A DNA stretch of 63,991 nt, counting the filler, from Sphacelaria rigidula (Eukaryota), in assembly GCA_964200075.2 (NCBI GenBank). It is 10 parts of 10 records of this genome, joined end to end, with 100 filler letters (N's around TTAATTAATTAA, not from the genome) between each part and the next. Parts side by side here need not be neighbours in the genome. Positions count along the whole stretch, not along the records: positions 38,456 to 44,764 come from CAXNAA020020871.1; positions 44,865 to 51,173 come from CAXNAA020020872.1; 8 more parts are not named here. One strand, given 5' to 3'. The number at the start of each line of letters is the position of its first letter. Within the stretch, counting starts at the first letter, position 1. Both the position numbers and the translations under genes were made by a program. Shown one piece after another: positions 39,285 through 51,173 of this stretch. The notes beneath the pieces were generated by a model. The model was not told where the DNA came from, ran no database searches, and saw nothing but the letters and a program-made list of their open reading frames with translations.

Positions 39285-39807
39285 ATGGGACTATATGACG
39301 TCAACTTGCTAGCAGTTGATGTACCGTCGCATGCACACAACACATGCATCTTCCCAGTAGTTCATCGCCCTTCCAGCTTCCCATTTGGGATTCCTCTGCC
39401 ATCAAAAAAAGCCGACGGGGTAGCCCCCACAGAATCGTGCCTTACCTTCGGTGTTCCTCAAAAGATTCGATATGACAGAGGCAAGGAATTCAGGTCCGAG
39501 GTAATTACCCATCTGTGCAGGTGGTTATTGAAAGCTGACATCGCTTTCGGACCGTCATATCGCCAACGCGACCAGGGCGCAGTCGAGGCACTGGGGGGAT
39601 GACTGTTGGATATGCTGTCAGTTCTTTGCAGACCATGGCCTCAGAGGTAGGAGGAATATGTGCCACCCGCTCTTTGGATCAAGCGCACATTGCTTGATAC
39701 GTCGCTCCGCTCTGGCATCTCGCCCCTCTAGTTACTGTTTGGCGGCAAACCGCACGCATTGCTTCATGAGACCACGGCTGGACCCCTGGGGAGTCAGTTA
39801 AAGTGCG

Positions 39808-39842
<35 letters not shown>

Positions 39843-40750
39843 CTGCTAGGCTTGCTCGTACCTCTTGCAGAAGACGCAGAATCAGGTAAGGGACTGAGTG
39901 ATTTTGTCCAAGAGCGCAAACAGAAAATACGAGAGGTAAGGCGGCGCTGGAATAAACGTCAGGCAGAGAGAGCAACTATACGAGCGAGCGGTAGCGCCAC
40001 CGTCTCTAGGCCGCCAGTAGGTGTGGCAGTTAAGGAAGGAGACCTGGAAATGGTTCGGGAGAGTGAGAGTTCAACGTATCGGGATGGGAGAGGCAGGAAA
40101 CTGCAGCACGATAAGTACACGGGACCTTGGAGGGTAAAAAAGTGTTGATGGTGGGGGTCAGGGAGGAGGTGCAAGGACGCCAACTACGCATTCGGAAGGT
40201 AGCTCCGTTAGACGTCAAGCCGAGTCATGTGTGCCGCCACACCTGAGACACCCAATTTACCTGGGGGCCAGACTTGAAGGTGGCGCCAACTTCTAACCTA
40301 GAAACTCACCTGCCCACCATGATAGACCCTCGCGAGTTCAAATCCTTGACAGGAACTACAGGTTCAGAATACCTAGGAAGGATTCAGGATGGAGCTGTGT
40401 CGGAATGGCTACCAGAGAGCAAAGTACTAAGGAGCTTCACACCCTTGGAACTCGGCGAGTTCCGCGCCCTCTAGCATTTACACCACCTCGACAAGGCATG
40501 TGACATGTTGTTCCACCCAGAATTGCGACATTCCCCCCTGTCGTGCAGTGATGCTTTGAAGCTGCTCCTCATAGGTTTCACATTTTGGAACGTCTTCGGT
40601 GGGGTTAAGCGGAAGGGGCAACTGTTCGATGATCTCAAACGTTTCTGCATAATAAAATACGTGGACAGGGATTGGGAGGAACGGTCACCTAGAGGACTAC
40701 AACAATTGTTTCAGACGAACAACCCTACGGTAACGACAGCTATTAGCTAG
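39285..40750 (+). mobile_element. Degenerate Gypsy integrase and C-terminal region
   Basis: LTFGVPQKIRYDRGKEF, QGAVEALGG, SPL*LLFG, KYTGPWRV; multiple stops. Confidence 0.85.
39764..39840 (+). mobile_element. 5'-truncated (CAAT)n retroposon inserted in integrase
   Basis: atgagaccacggctgg...cagttaaagtgcga(caat)8, flanked by cattgct / cactgct (probable 7-bp TSD with one mismatch). Confidence 0.8.
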
Positions 40751-41723
40751 AAGACGGCATAATGCGACAGGAACGGAGAATAGCACTAGTCGGAGCAGAG
40801 AGTAGAAGAAGGACGTCTTGTGCTGTACCCTAGGAGTGAGAAGCAGTTCGGTTATTGTTTCTGCTTTTTCACGATTTCCTGTTTGTTGTGGGCTTGGCTT
40901 TCCTCCAGTGTTTTCAACTTCCATATCTTGGTTGCGGTTTCCTGTCTTACTGTGTTCGATTTTGTTTGCCTTGATTTTGTGTTTCATTCTGTTTGGCCTG
41001 GTGCTGTCAACCTACGTTTGTCTCAGTATGATTCATTTCGATTCTTTCGTTTTAGACTTTTACTGTTCCCGGTCCGTTCGTCCTTTTTTGTTCTTCCCTT
41101 AGTTAACGTTGGCCTGACCTCACGGTGTCTCATCCTTTCCCTGTAAAAAATATTCATGTAGCCTATAAATCGTCACAAAAGTTAGTCTTGGGGGTCCGAT
41201 CCCCGTCACTTTCACTCCGAGGAGGGCGACTCCCCTTGCCAGCGCTGTTCAACTGTTCGCACTCACGGTATCGGTCTAATGTTGCCACACGTATCCATTC
41301 GGAGTTACTCGTCTCCCCCACTCATTTCCAGAGTGTGTGCACTGGGGTCCCTTGCAGTCAACTGGGGGGTTGGACTCTCCCCCATCACCCTTTTTTTTTA
41401 CCGGAGGTAGGGTTTTCCTCTTTTTCTTCAAAGAAAGTGCGTCAACCTACGTTTTCCACAGCTTTAGTATCGGCCTTGCATAAAAGGGTGGGTACCGGAT
41501 ACTTGCTTGGACTCTGCGTAGTGATTGAACAATCTACGAAACTATGCTGTAGGAGTCCCTCAGTGTCCGGTAGGAGAGTGGTCACTGGTCGATGAGAGAA
41601 TAGTCCATCAGCTTTCTCAGCAACCAGTGAGCGCATTCTTGGGGGGTTTTGTGCTGATTAAAGTCCCATACAACCCGACGTGTAAGAGGTGGGCGATATC
41701 TAAGCGCAGTTCCCCTCTGTTTC

Positions 41724-41989
41724 CAGTGGAGCGATGCTACGGTAGGGGTGCACAAAACGTTTCTGAGGTCAGAATTGTTAGGAGCCCTTTATCTCATGCA
41801 AAACACGACCTATGAAAATATGTGAAAGTACGCCAGGATTACTACTCCAATGTGCTGAGGATATCCCGAATGAATTTTCAAACGGGGATGCCCTGACCCA
41901 TATTCTTGTGCTTCCAGAATCGTTAGGAGCCCCTGAACTGGACATAACTTCGCGAAAAAAGTGCACCCCTACCGTAGCATTGCTCAGTG
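41724..41989. mobile_element. MITE with about 30-bp TIRs starting CAGTG (hAT-like terminus)
   Basis: cagtggagcgatgctacggtaggggtgcac ... gtgcacccctaccgtagcattgctcagtg; no TSD seen. Confidence 0.75.
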
Positions 41990-42298
41990 GTAGCTATCTC
42001 GAGTGTAACTGAGATGTCGGGAAGACATAGGACACGCGACAGCTGTCGCTATGATCGTAAAAGGCGCAAGAGATTTTTCCCCAAGAAATGAGGCTTCTCC
42101 CTGGATACCAGGTTTTTTCCATCTTCCGAAATTCACGACAGCCTTTTCCCGCAGCCAACTCTAGTCCCAAAATTCTGCGATTTTCTCGTCTTCCTCGTGA
42201 CGAAAGGCTGGTGGGATACAGATTTGAGCAAATTACCCCCGCGGTTGTCTCAATGTCGAGGGAGTCTGTGCCTCGTGTCCGAGACACGCACAAGGCAA

Positions 42299-42510
42299 GG
42301 GGGGCGTACTCATTTGTTGCTTCCTTCGCCGTTTGACCATTGACCACGCATCCCTTTCGAGACGGAGCACCGTTCCTACTCCTCATACATGCGCCTCCAA
42401 CATTCCGGTGCTCATTACGTTGCTTCCATATATTTCACAAAAAACATTTACATAGCTTCTCCCCGTCCTGTTTCGCCATCTGTGGCCACAATCTACCTCC
42501 TAGTATATAT
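42299..42510 (-). mobile_element. C-run-ended LINE 3' end (family A)
   Basis: Encodes ILGGRLWPQMAKQDG...RSRNGAPSRKGCVVNGQTAK; matches 44865-45335. Confidence 0.8.
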
Positions 42511-42899
42511 CGCAGAAGAAAAGTAATGCATTGGTTAGGTGTGGAAGGGAGCCTCTGGATGGGTTGCATCGTGTACGCAAGGCATCCTAGGACCCCGTAC
42601 AACAGTATGCAACGGCTACCGTAATAATACAAACTCTTTACACAACGCCAAGACCATGCCTGCCTTTCGCTTCTCGAGTCGATAATAGCTTTGCAGAAGA
42701 GCGGCACGCAATGAGCATTGCGTATAGCATGTAGGTCATCCTAGGTGAAGAGTGGTTGATGTCGCATTCAGCGGTCAGCAATTGTGGAGTGCAGTTCATT
42801 ATCAAGTGGCGAATATTGCTCTCAGAGATCGTTTTGGGCTTGCTTTGCTTCTGGACGGAAGGGAATCACCGGCTGTCGCGTATCCCATGTTTTTAGTGT

Positions 42900-43960
42900 T
42901 TCATCCTCGAGCAGGTTAAGGTGTCAGGGCCCGCAGTTGATTCACTTTATAGTCTCCTCTACTGGATCATTACTTATCCTATAACATCCCCCCTTTTAGA
43001 TTCGCCAAGTGTTTTACCAGGCATACCTAATCGGGTTGAGACTAGTGCGATCAACCAGGGACCGTGTGATATCAAGGCGGCGCTTCATACAAACGTCCTC
43101 GTAGTTTCCCACGAGGAAATACGGGATGTAGCCCGTTTCGGCTGCACCCAGTTTCGTACACACTTCCCTGCAGTTCCCTACAAGGAAAATACGGGATAGA
43201 GTCCCGTTTCGGCTGCACCCGGATTCGGCTGCACCCGTGGAACCAGGTAACTTTCTCATCTTCTTCTGCATCTCTGAGCTTGAGTGAATGTTCCACCCTT
43301 GTTTAACCTGTATCGGGTTCTCCACCTGTAAATCACTCACTCGGGGCGGGGCGCGTCTGGTGGCATGGCTTCTGCTACCTATAGTTTGCAACCCGTTGTC
43401 GGTGTGTACTGGATACCTCTCACTCTAAACTGCTAATTTTACGCAGTTCCCCCCTGCTGAATTCCAATTACTCGTCGCACGGGTATCTCACGCGCTCGTA
43501 TGGATCAAAGTCATCATATAGGTCACCTGTCTCTACTCTATCGCCGACGTTCCCGAACGTGTCTTCTGGTGCTTGCAGTTCGTCTCTGTTGGGCATTTTT
43601 CTTGTTTCCCTGTTTGGCTTCTAAGACTACCTTAACCTGGTCTAGCTCACGTTTTAACGTTTGTTTCACGAAAATCCCTAGACCTATCGCGGTGTCAGTG
43701 CCGCTCATTTGTCGCACAAGAGTGTCTAGGGCAGCCGGGAGAGTACGGCCAAAGATGATTTGAAATGGAGGTATGTTGAAAGGGCCGGATGGATCCGGGG
43801 ATGTACGTTTGGTCCAACACGTTGGTTCTACGTACCCGTCCCACTTGTCGGACAATATATCATGCATCCATGCCCCCGCCCTCTCAACGGTACCTTGACC
43901 TCCTGGGTGATTCACGGGTCGGTAGTCCATTGATAACTCAAGTCATCTACATAAATACCT
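42900..43960 (-). mobile_element. Second degenerate Gypsy integrase, opposite orientation
   Basis: NHPGGQGTVERAGAWMHDILS..WDGYV..WTKRT..PFQIIFGRT; homologous to 39500-39960. Left boundary approximate. Confidence 0.75.
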
Positions 43961-44864
43961 CACTCATGCTGCTGCGGGGCTCCCCCCTTTTTGGCTGCAA
44001 ATTAGTTTAGGCATAACGAACGTTTCACACAGGATCAATAGCGGGATGCGGGCCACCGGTATCGACTCTTTTGATCGGCGGAGGCAGGCAAAAGGGTTTT
44101 GGTGCCCAGTCGATAACCTGTGGTGTGTATCGGATACCGGATGTATATATGCAGTGAGTGTCCTGGAAGTTAATCTCCAATATCAATCAGAGCTACAAAA
44201 GGCAACTCTTTGGCATCGTTATAGGTTGAGACCGCCCTCTTCCCAGCGTCTGCAACCGTATGATCGAGCGTACTCGCGGTAGTCTCTGTTCGTACTGTTC
44301 GAGCAGAAATGACGCTGCAAAAATAGCATGGTCTGTGCCAATTCAATGTACGCGTATTTAGTGTGTACCAGTGCTGTCAGGTCACACATCATCAGTTGTC
44401 GCTGGATGACTAAAGTTGACATATGTTCATTACCGGTATCCACAACAGACAATGGTCGTCCCTGGCGTAGCACTCTGAAAAGCGTTCTTCGAGTCTTCCC
44501 TCTTCGTATCGTTGAAAAGAGCAGCTCGTGTTCGGTTAAGTTGGGGACTGTTGTTTATTTTTTCTCCCCCTTTTTTTGCCATTACATATCAACAACTACA
44601 CTGGATAAGTGGGGGAAAGTGCTGATAGCTTTGGGGGTTTTGGATATGAAACTAAACGATTTCGGAACACAACCCTCAGGTGTTCAACACTCCTGACAAT
44701 TAACAGGGTTGCCAGAAAAATGAGAACGTATTTTGAAATGAGAATCAACCGCTCCCCGGGATTGNNNNNNNNNNNNNNNNNNNNNNNNNNNNNNNNNNNN
44801 NNNNNNNNTTAATTAATTAANNNNNNNNNNNNNNNNNNNNNNNNNNNNNNNNNNNNNNNNNNNN

Positions 44865-45450
44865 CCTTTCGAGACGGAGCACCGTTCCTACTCCTAATAG
44901 AGACACCTCCAACATTCCAGTGCTCATTACGTTCTTTCCAAACACTACACAACAACCTCGTACAGGGACGGGGGGGGAGGGAAGGAGGGGGCGTACTCAT
45001 TTGTTGCTTGCCTAGTCGTTCGACCATTGACCACACATCCCTTTCGAGACAGAGCACCGTTCCTACTCCTGATAGAGATATCTCCAACATTCCGGTGCTC
45101 ATTACGTTCCTTCCATACATTACATAAAACCTTCTACACATCGCATCCTGGTCATGTTTCGCCGTCTGTGGCCACCATCTATCTCCTAGTATAGCCCTCG
45201 TTTTCTCCCTATTGTCTAGTGCATCAAACGACTTCATGCCACCTTCGTTCACGTCCCGTATTTTCCTCTCTAGCACGTCCCGTTCCTCCTTGTATAGTTC
45301 ACATTCTGCCGCTACGCATCCATTTCGAGACGGAGCACGGGGGGGGGGTGTACTCATAATCATGCATGCCATAGTCATCAGACCATTGACCTTGCATCCC
45401 TACAAAGCCGGGACGGAGCACGCCGGGTTCTCGCCGGACCGGGCTCACGG
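44865..45450 (-). mobile_element. Stack of nested C-run-ended LINE 3' ends (families A and B)
   Basis: ECELYKEERDVL...ILGDRWWPQTAK (after the end of a probable C-terminal Zn knuckle); ends GAGTAC(A/G)C-run at 44991 and 45349. Confidence 0.8.
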
Positions 45451-46439
45451 GGGTGGGGAAGCAAGGAAACGAAAAGGAAACATAACTCAGTAAGCACCGA
45501 AAACCAAAGTGTACGATTGTTATTTCACCAAAGCAGCCCTCGCTCCCGAAAAAATGGTGTTGAGGCACATGTCGCCAAAATACAGGACCACCATCACATT
45601 TTCACTCCAAGTCTGTACTAACTGTTTTACTCCCGACATGCCCCAGGGAGATAGAATCCCGTGTCCTCGGGGTACAATGGAATATCACACCGACGGATGT
45701 AGCTCACACGTACGCCCTGATCGAAAGGAACGACATAATCGCGCTATTATGTCTTCATCTACAACTGTCGTGTATCGACCAGTGTACATATCTGCAAGTG
45801 CAACGGGGTGCTGTACCGTCGTTTACACGCTTGTCTCGTCAAAGCTGTGCTGTCGCTGACTGCTGTACATATTGGAGTAGAGAATGCATGCTTGGGGCAA
45901 TGGGGAGTATACTCTGAATATCCACGCCAACGCTGGAGCATCCGACTGATCGTGAAATACTCCCGAGACTGGGCATGGGAATAGATAGATCATTACGCCG
46001 CAGAATGGGTTGCACGACAGCTACTCAGCCCCCTGTCTGAACCTCTTCACGGCTTTGTCCCATGGCGCGATGATCAGGACCAGTTTGATCGGGTTGTGAT
46101 AGGTATCAAGCAGCCCCAGCATACGCCCCTTGAGACGATTCACCACCCTCCTGTGGCATGCGTGCAAACAGCACAGCAGAGCACAGCAAGTCGCAACAAA
46201 CGAGTCAACACGAGACAAGTATCTTGACGAATGGGGGGAAGAGGGGGCGGTCTGGGCATATACAATGCACCAGACACGCATAGCAGGCGGGCGGGCAAAG
46301 ACGTGAGCGTGATATTGGTGGGGGTGCATGCGAAAGAGGCATGAGATATACGCGCAGGCGACAAAAAAAAAATACTAACGGCATTTCAATACGCTCAAGT
46401 CCTACCTCGCGCACCGTTAAGTGGACACCCTACTGTGCG

Positions 46440-48045
46440 AGCGGGAAATAGGAGGAGTCTGAGGGTGAAAACCGCTCTTCACAGCTCAGCTGCAGTCAGC
46501 TTTGATATTTCATCTGGAGATGATGTTGACACAACCGTTCGTCCTATTTCCTCCCTCGTGAACCAACTTTTTCGCTCGCGTTCTTTGTCCCTCCCCCCGT
46601 TGCCCCTCAATCCCTCTTTGACTCACGGAAAGGCGAGACGACGTACGTGCACATCGATATCGCCCGAGCTGCTGCAGTACGAAAACATATGCCAGGGGAT
46701 TCCCAGGTCACCCTCGACTGAAGGTAGTCGTCCATCGACTGCCCCAATAACGTCCACACGCGGAGAGTGTAGGAACGCTTGCGCTACTACAAGCAAAGGT
46801 ACATGTGACCACCTTTCAACTTTTCGATTTTGGAGCTTTCTTCACCGGCAACAAAACAGGTCACTGTTCATGGGCATTGAATCAACGTCATTTCAAGGCG
46901 AACACAACAGATTGCTCTGTCCAGTACAGGTCAAATGCACTGCTACTGAATATGCAGCGAGGAGAGTACTTTACCATGTGACAAGTGGGGAATATATGCC
47001 TGTATTGCTGGGCAAAATTTCCCCTTCCGCTCCCCCCTCCCCCTCCAGCCTCCTGATTCTCAGTCGGGACTCAATGGACCACGAGCAGAGCAGGTGATAG
47101 AAGGAGAAGAAGAGTGGGTGTGCGAAAGCGGGGAAGACATGACGATACGGCGAAAAAAGCATGCCCCCTTTTTCTACTGGATATCGTGAAGCTTTCGAGG
47201 GGCAAAAGAGGTGCACGCCACGTAGTCCCACCACAAGGTTTCCTACCCGCTTTTGTTCATGCCGCTGACAAGGTACTTCCCGTTCGGATACGCCACCAAA
47301 CACATCACAGTGAAGGACACGTGGGTGTTCCAATATTTTTCGTTCAGGCTAAACTGCTCGACAACGGAATGGTAAAGTATCAGTGAGCTCCACGATGTCA
47401 TGATAGTGGGAGACAATTGAGTGCATGGGGACGATTAGGGGGAAGGGAGGGGAGGGGGGGCGCACACTTCCTTCCATCTACCGTCTCGTTGTTATTTTGA
47501 TATTTTGACCGCTGGTCTGAAGGATAGCACTCGAAATGAAGATGAAACATCAGGTGACCAAATTCACGTCAAATCACAAAAATGGCAAAGGAAACCACGG
47601 GTACGTGAAGTAAAAATAATAACACTAGTGTCGACTCCTCAACGAGCAGAGTCTTGTGCACTGGTGAAACACGAAGTAGCTGCTGCGCTTCGCACCGGTG
47701 CTTTGTTTGATCGAAGGCAGTATTTCGATGATGCGGTGCGAATACCATTTACACACGCATTTGTGCGTGTAGGAACACAGTACATGCTTGAGCACCCCCC
47801 CCCCCCCCCCCCCCCCACCACGCCCGCCGCGTCCTCCCCCGCACACCCGCCCCCCCCCCCNNNNNNNNNNAAATCCCTTTACCCCCCCCTTTGGGCGGGT
47901 AAGAAAAAAAGACATGCTTGCCCCCCCCCCCCCCCCCAATATTTTGTCTGCCTGTTTGCCTCTCTCACACACGCGCACACACTGACCTTCCTTTGCTGCG
48001 CTGAATTCACGCACGCAGGATGTGTCTGGCTTCGTGCGGAGATAA
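46440..48045 (+). CDS. Possible short-intron gene of unknown function (candidate exons 46633-46798, 47191-47271, 47348-47371)
   Basis: Several pyrimidine tract/AG and GT pairs with open frames; no homology recognised and the model is not resolved. Confidence 0.25.
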
Positions 48046-49429
48046 CGAGTTCCAGGCTCCTCTGTTCACCCTTCAACAACAGCACACACCCGATTGCCTC
48101 TGGCAGATACAGCCGAGTTGCCTGCTACACTGAGACCACACGATCCGGCCCAAGATTAACATCACTGCGAGGGCGAGGGATAAGGGGGATACAAGTGGGC
48201 AAGGGGAGTGGCAGTCGGGAGGCGGTGAGTGAGGGCACACTCAAAGTAGCATTGAGGTGAAGTTCATCGTGAGGGCGGGTGAGGAATCAAGACTCAACCC
48301 ATTGATTACGATGTTTCTATTGCTATTGCTATGCCAATGGGAATACTCGTGACTTATCAGCCAGTTTGAGATTGTGTTTGTTGTTCTTGTTGCTGTTGGT
48401 GTTGTTCGTTGTCGTCGCCGGGTATATTCTGATCCTCTTTGCTGTGCCGATTGCGAAGCAGACACGAAGAGGAACAGTACGGGTGCGGTCTGATGATGGG
48501 TGATCCCGAAAGTCTGAATATCCCATGGGCTCGTGTGAATATACCATGTACTCACTCGTGTAGGTATGTAAGCGGGTCATGAGCAGCATACCCTATTCTC
48601 AACACTCAGACGTGCAAGCTCACCTTCGTCTAGCCGGTGGTGCATAGCATGGGAAAATGTTCGTGGGGAAGTTACCGGTATACATTTTCTGCGGAAATAA
48701 TGAAACCTGGACTTGCTCCGAAATAAGGACAATGGGAAGACACGTTTGACAGCATCAGAAGTCAGCATCTAGTCCACATCTATCCCCGTCTACAACAGAC
48801 GAAAATGAGCATGTCGAAGGAAAATCTCATGCAGTCGATCTGTGTTCAAGAAACCCCGCGTGTTGCTTTTTCCTGCTTTGAAACTCCAGTGTTTCAGCCG
48901 AAACAAGTGGCTGCTAGCAAAGCGGCGACCTTGTTTTTCCACCATCAAACTTGGCTTGCCCAGACAGACTGGATCCTCTCGGCAAGCACACAGCGTTATA
49001 CGGAGTTGTTGTGAGACAAACTCAGGTTACCGCGAAAAACGGGGTCAGGGAACAAGAAACCATTGCTTTCATTTGGATTTGGTTATCGCAGATATCACCG
49101 TGGACCCGTCGAAGAGAGTACAAAGCGCAGGAGACCAGACTGCGTGCATCCTTATAGCGGCCTCAACACTTCTTGCGCACCACGAAAGCCCCATTCCTAC
49201 ACTGTCCGTCCATATTTCATGTAGACTTGTGTATGTCCTGTGGTGTTGTGATGTTCCAACGCTCATCCGTTCATCTGCCCCTCGAAGGCTAGCTGTATAC
49301 CACACGAAGGGGTCCAGAGGGCTAGTAACTGCTAAGACAATCGTTCTCTATGAGCCCTGGATCTCTCAACAGATGTCGTGATTACTCTCCACACTGCTGT
49401 ACATTGCACGTTTTCCTTCTCTTGGCTAA

Positions 49430-49694
49430 CTTCTACACCCCCCCCTCTCCTCGAGACGCGTCCGTGGTCTCAAGGTATCAGAGAGATCAGCCCATCTCTC
49501 ACCTGGCACGTGCTTTGTTAGTCTTGCATTGCGGATTGGATCAGCACTCCCGCATCCCGTCAACTCTCATGAAGGCATGCCGTTTCCACCTGATGTACCC
49601 ATGTCTTAACACGTCACACTCATCTGCTGGAAATCGAACCCACATTTGTCTGACCTAGTGCTTACAGTCGTACATTAACACCACCAGGGCGCTG
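49430..49694 (-). mobile_element. Near full-length tRNA-derived SINE
   Basis: Minus-strand head with A box TGGTGTTAATG and B box GGTTCGATTTCC, followed by the shared core. Confidence 0.75.
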
Positions 49695-51112
49695 TAGGCG
49701 CTCGTCTAGACTTGAACAGTATAATTGTAGATATCACATTGTGAGTTGTTTCTTAAGTCGAGGATCAAACGTATTGATTATCTCCAGCTGTGGCCTGAAC
49801 AATGGACTTTTCAGTCAATGCACCCTGAACAAAGAAATGGAACAGTCTTACTCATGAAACGATATGGATACTTGTTGAAAATACGAGAGACAAGTATCCA
49901 ACAAGGGGCCGACACCTGACTGGCGAAGTGTTCCAAGCATATATGAGGTTCTGTGTATCATTTTATCGATCGGCCGTTGACATGCTGTACGCAGTCGTAG
50001 CAGTTTTAGCATATATGAGGTTCGCCCCGAAAACGAGGGTCTACCCCAAAACAGCGCTTTCGCCAACCAAAAACTTATAAAACTAGACGACGTTTTTGCC
50101 GACTCAACGTCCCTGGATCGTTGTCGATTACTTTTTAGCAGCTTTGCCGACTCTGTGAGCTTGTGGCGCTGTGCAAAAGCGTCATACTGCCTCGACTTTT
50201 AGATGATGAATTCAGCAGTCAAGACCGCTCTTGCTAGCGCTGTTGCTCGCGGAGGTTGAGAAAGTCACTCAGGAAGTAGCCACGCCATCTAGGGGCATGA
50301 GGTCAACATTTAGCCACTGGCAGACTCACGACAGTGCTATCACGAGATGGAACATCGTTTCAAGGTTAGAGCGCATGTGTGAAAGCACTCTATAGTTTGA
50401 GAACAGTCTCGGTTGTTCCCTGTGTGGTCATATCAGCAGCCCGTGGTGAGGACCTTATGTGCGCTGTAGGTTCCATGTACATCCTCCAGCGCGTGTTCAC
50501 ATGTTAGTTTCTCTCTACTTATCTCATTCTCCTCTTTTGCTCCCGATCTAATCCGTGTTCTCTTTCGTCGTCGTCTCTGGCTGACTTCGTTTGTGTTCTC
50601 TCCCTCTCTCTTTCGTCTCACCTCTTCCTCGAGTTTCATTTCGCGAGTGGTTTTGTTTGTTCACCTTCGGTACGCCTATGGTGTGAACACTGCTGTATTT
50701 GCAGCGGATCAGTAAATGTTCGACAGACCATTCATCAACCGTGGAGACTCTGACGAAGAAAAGCAGACGTGAAACCGCCTAGCTGCAACTGTGCTCAATT
50801 TTTCAACAATCTTGTGCATACCTGTACTTCCATCGGTCTCACCGCTGAGGTTTGTTGTCGTCATTGCTTCGCTTATCGGCGTGCAGAGTGCTAGGTTCGG
50901 AACTTTGAGCATATTTCACGAAGTCCACCAGACTGGGTACAAATATGTGTATCCATTTGGTTTGATTGATTACTACATGCCTATTCACTGACTCGCTACG
51001 AATACAGTAACGGTCACAACGCAGACGTATCCGGAGTAAGCATAGGGAAGCACTTGCTCATCGAAAGGGTTGCCATTTTCAACACCTCGGTAGCTTGTAT
51101 TGACCGCGATGT

Positions 51113-51173
51113 GGGGGGGGGAGCGTACTCATTTGTTGCTTGCCTTAGTCGTTTGACCATTGACCACGCATCC
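51113..51173 (-). mobile_element. C-run-ended LINE 3' end (family A)
   Basis: ggggggggagcgtactcatttgttgcttgccttagtcgtttgaccattgaccacgcatcc. Confidence 0.75.

Noticed and set aside
39764..39812. Retroposon 3' hairpin as a possible SECIS element
   Set aside because: AUGA and GA are present in only some copies, there is no apical AA at the proper spacing, and the context is a TE tail.
46021..46783. Alternative minus-strand exon pair (46783-46647, 46150-46021)
   Set aside because: Conflicts with plus-strand splice signals and has no homology to arbitrate.
49620..49694. Possible tRNA gene (also 1804-1870)
   Set aside because: A and B boxes are present but there is no complete cloverleaf, and it is attached to a dispersed SINE body.
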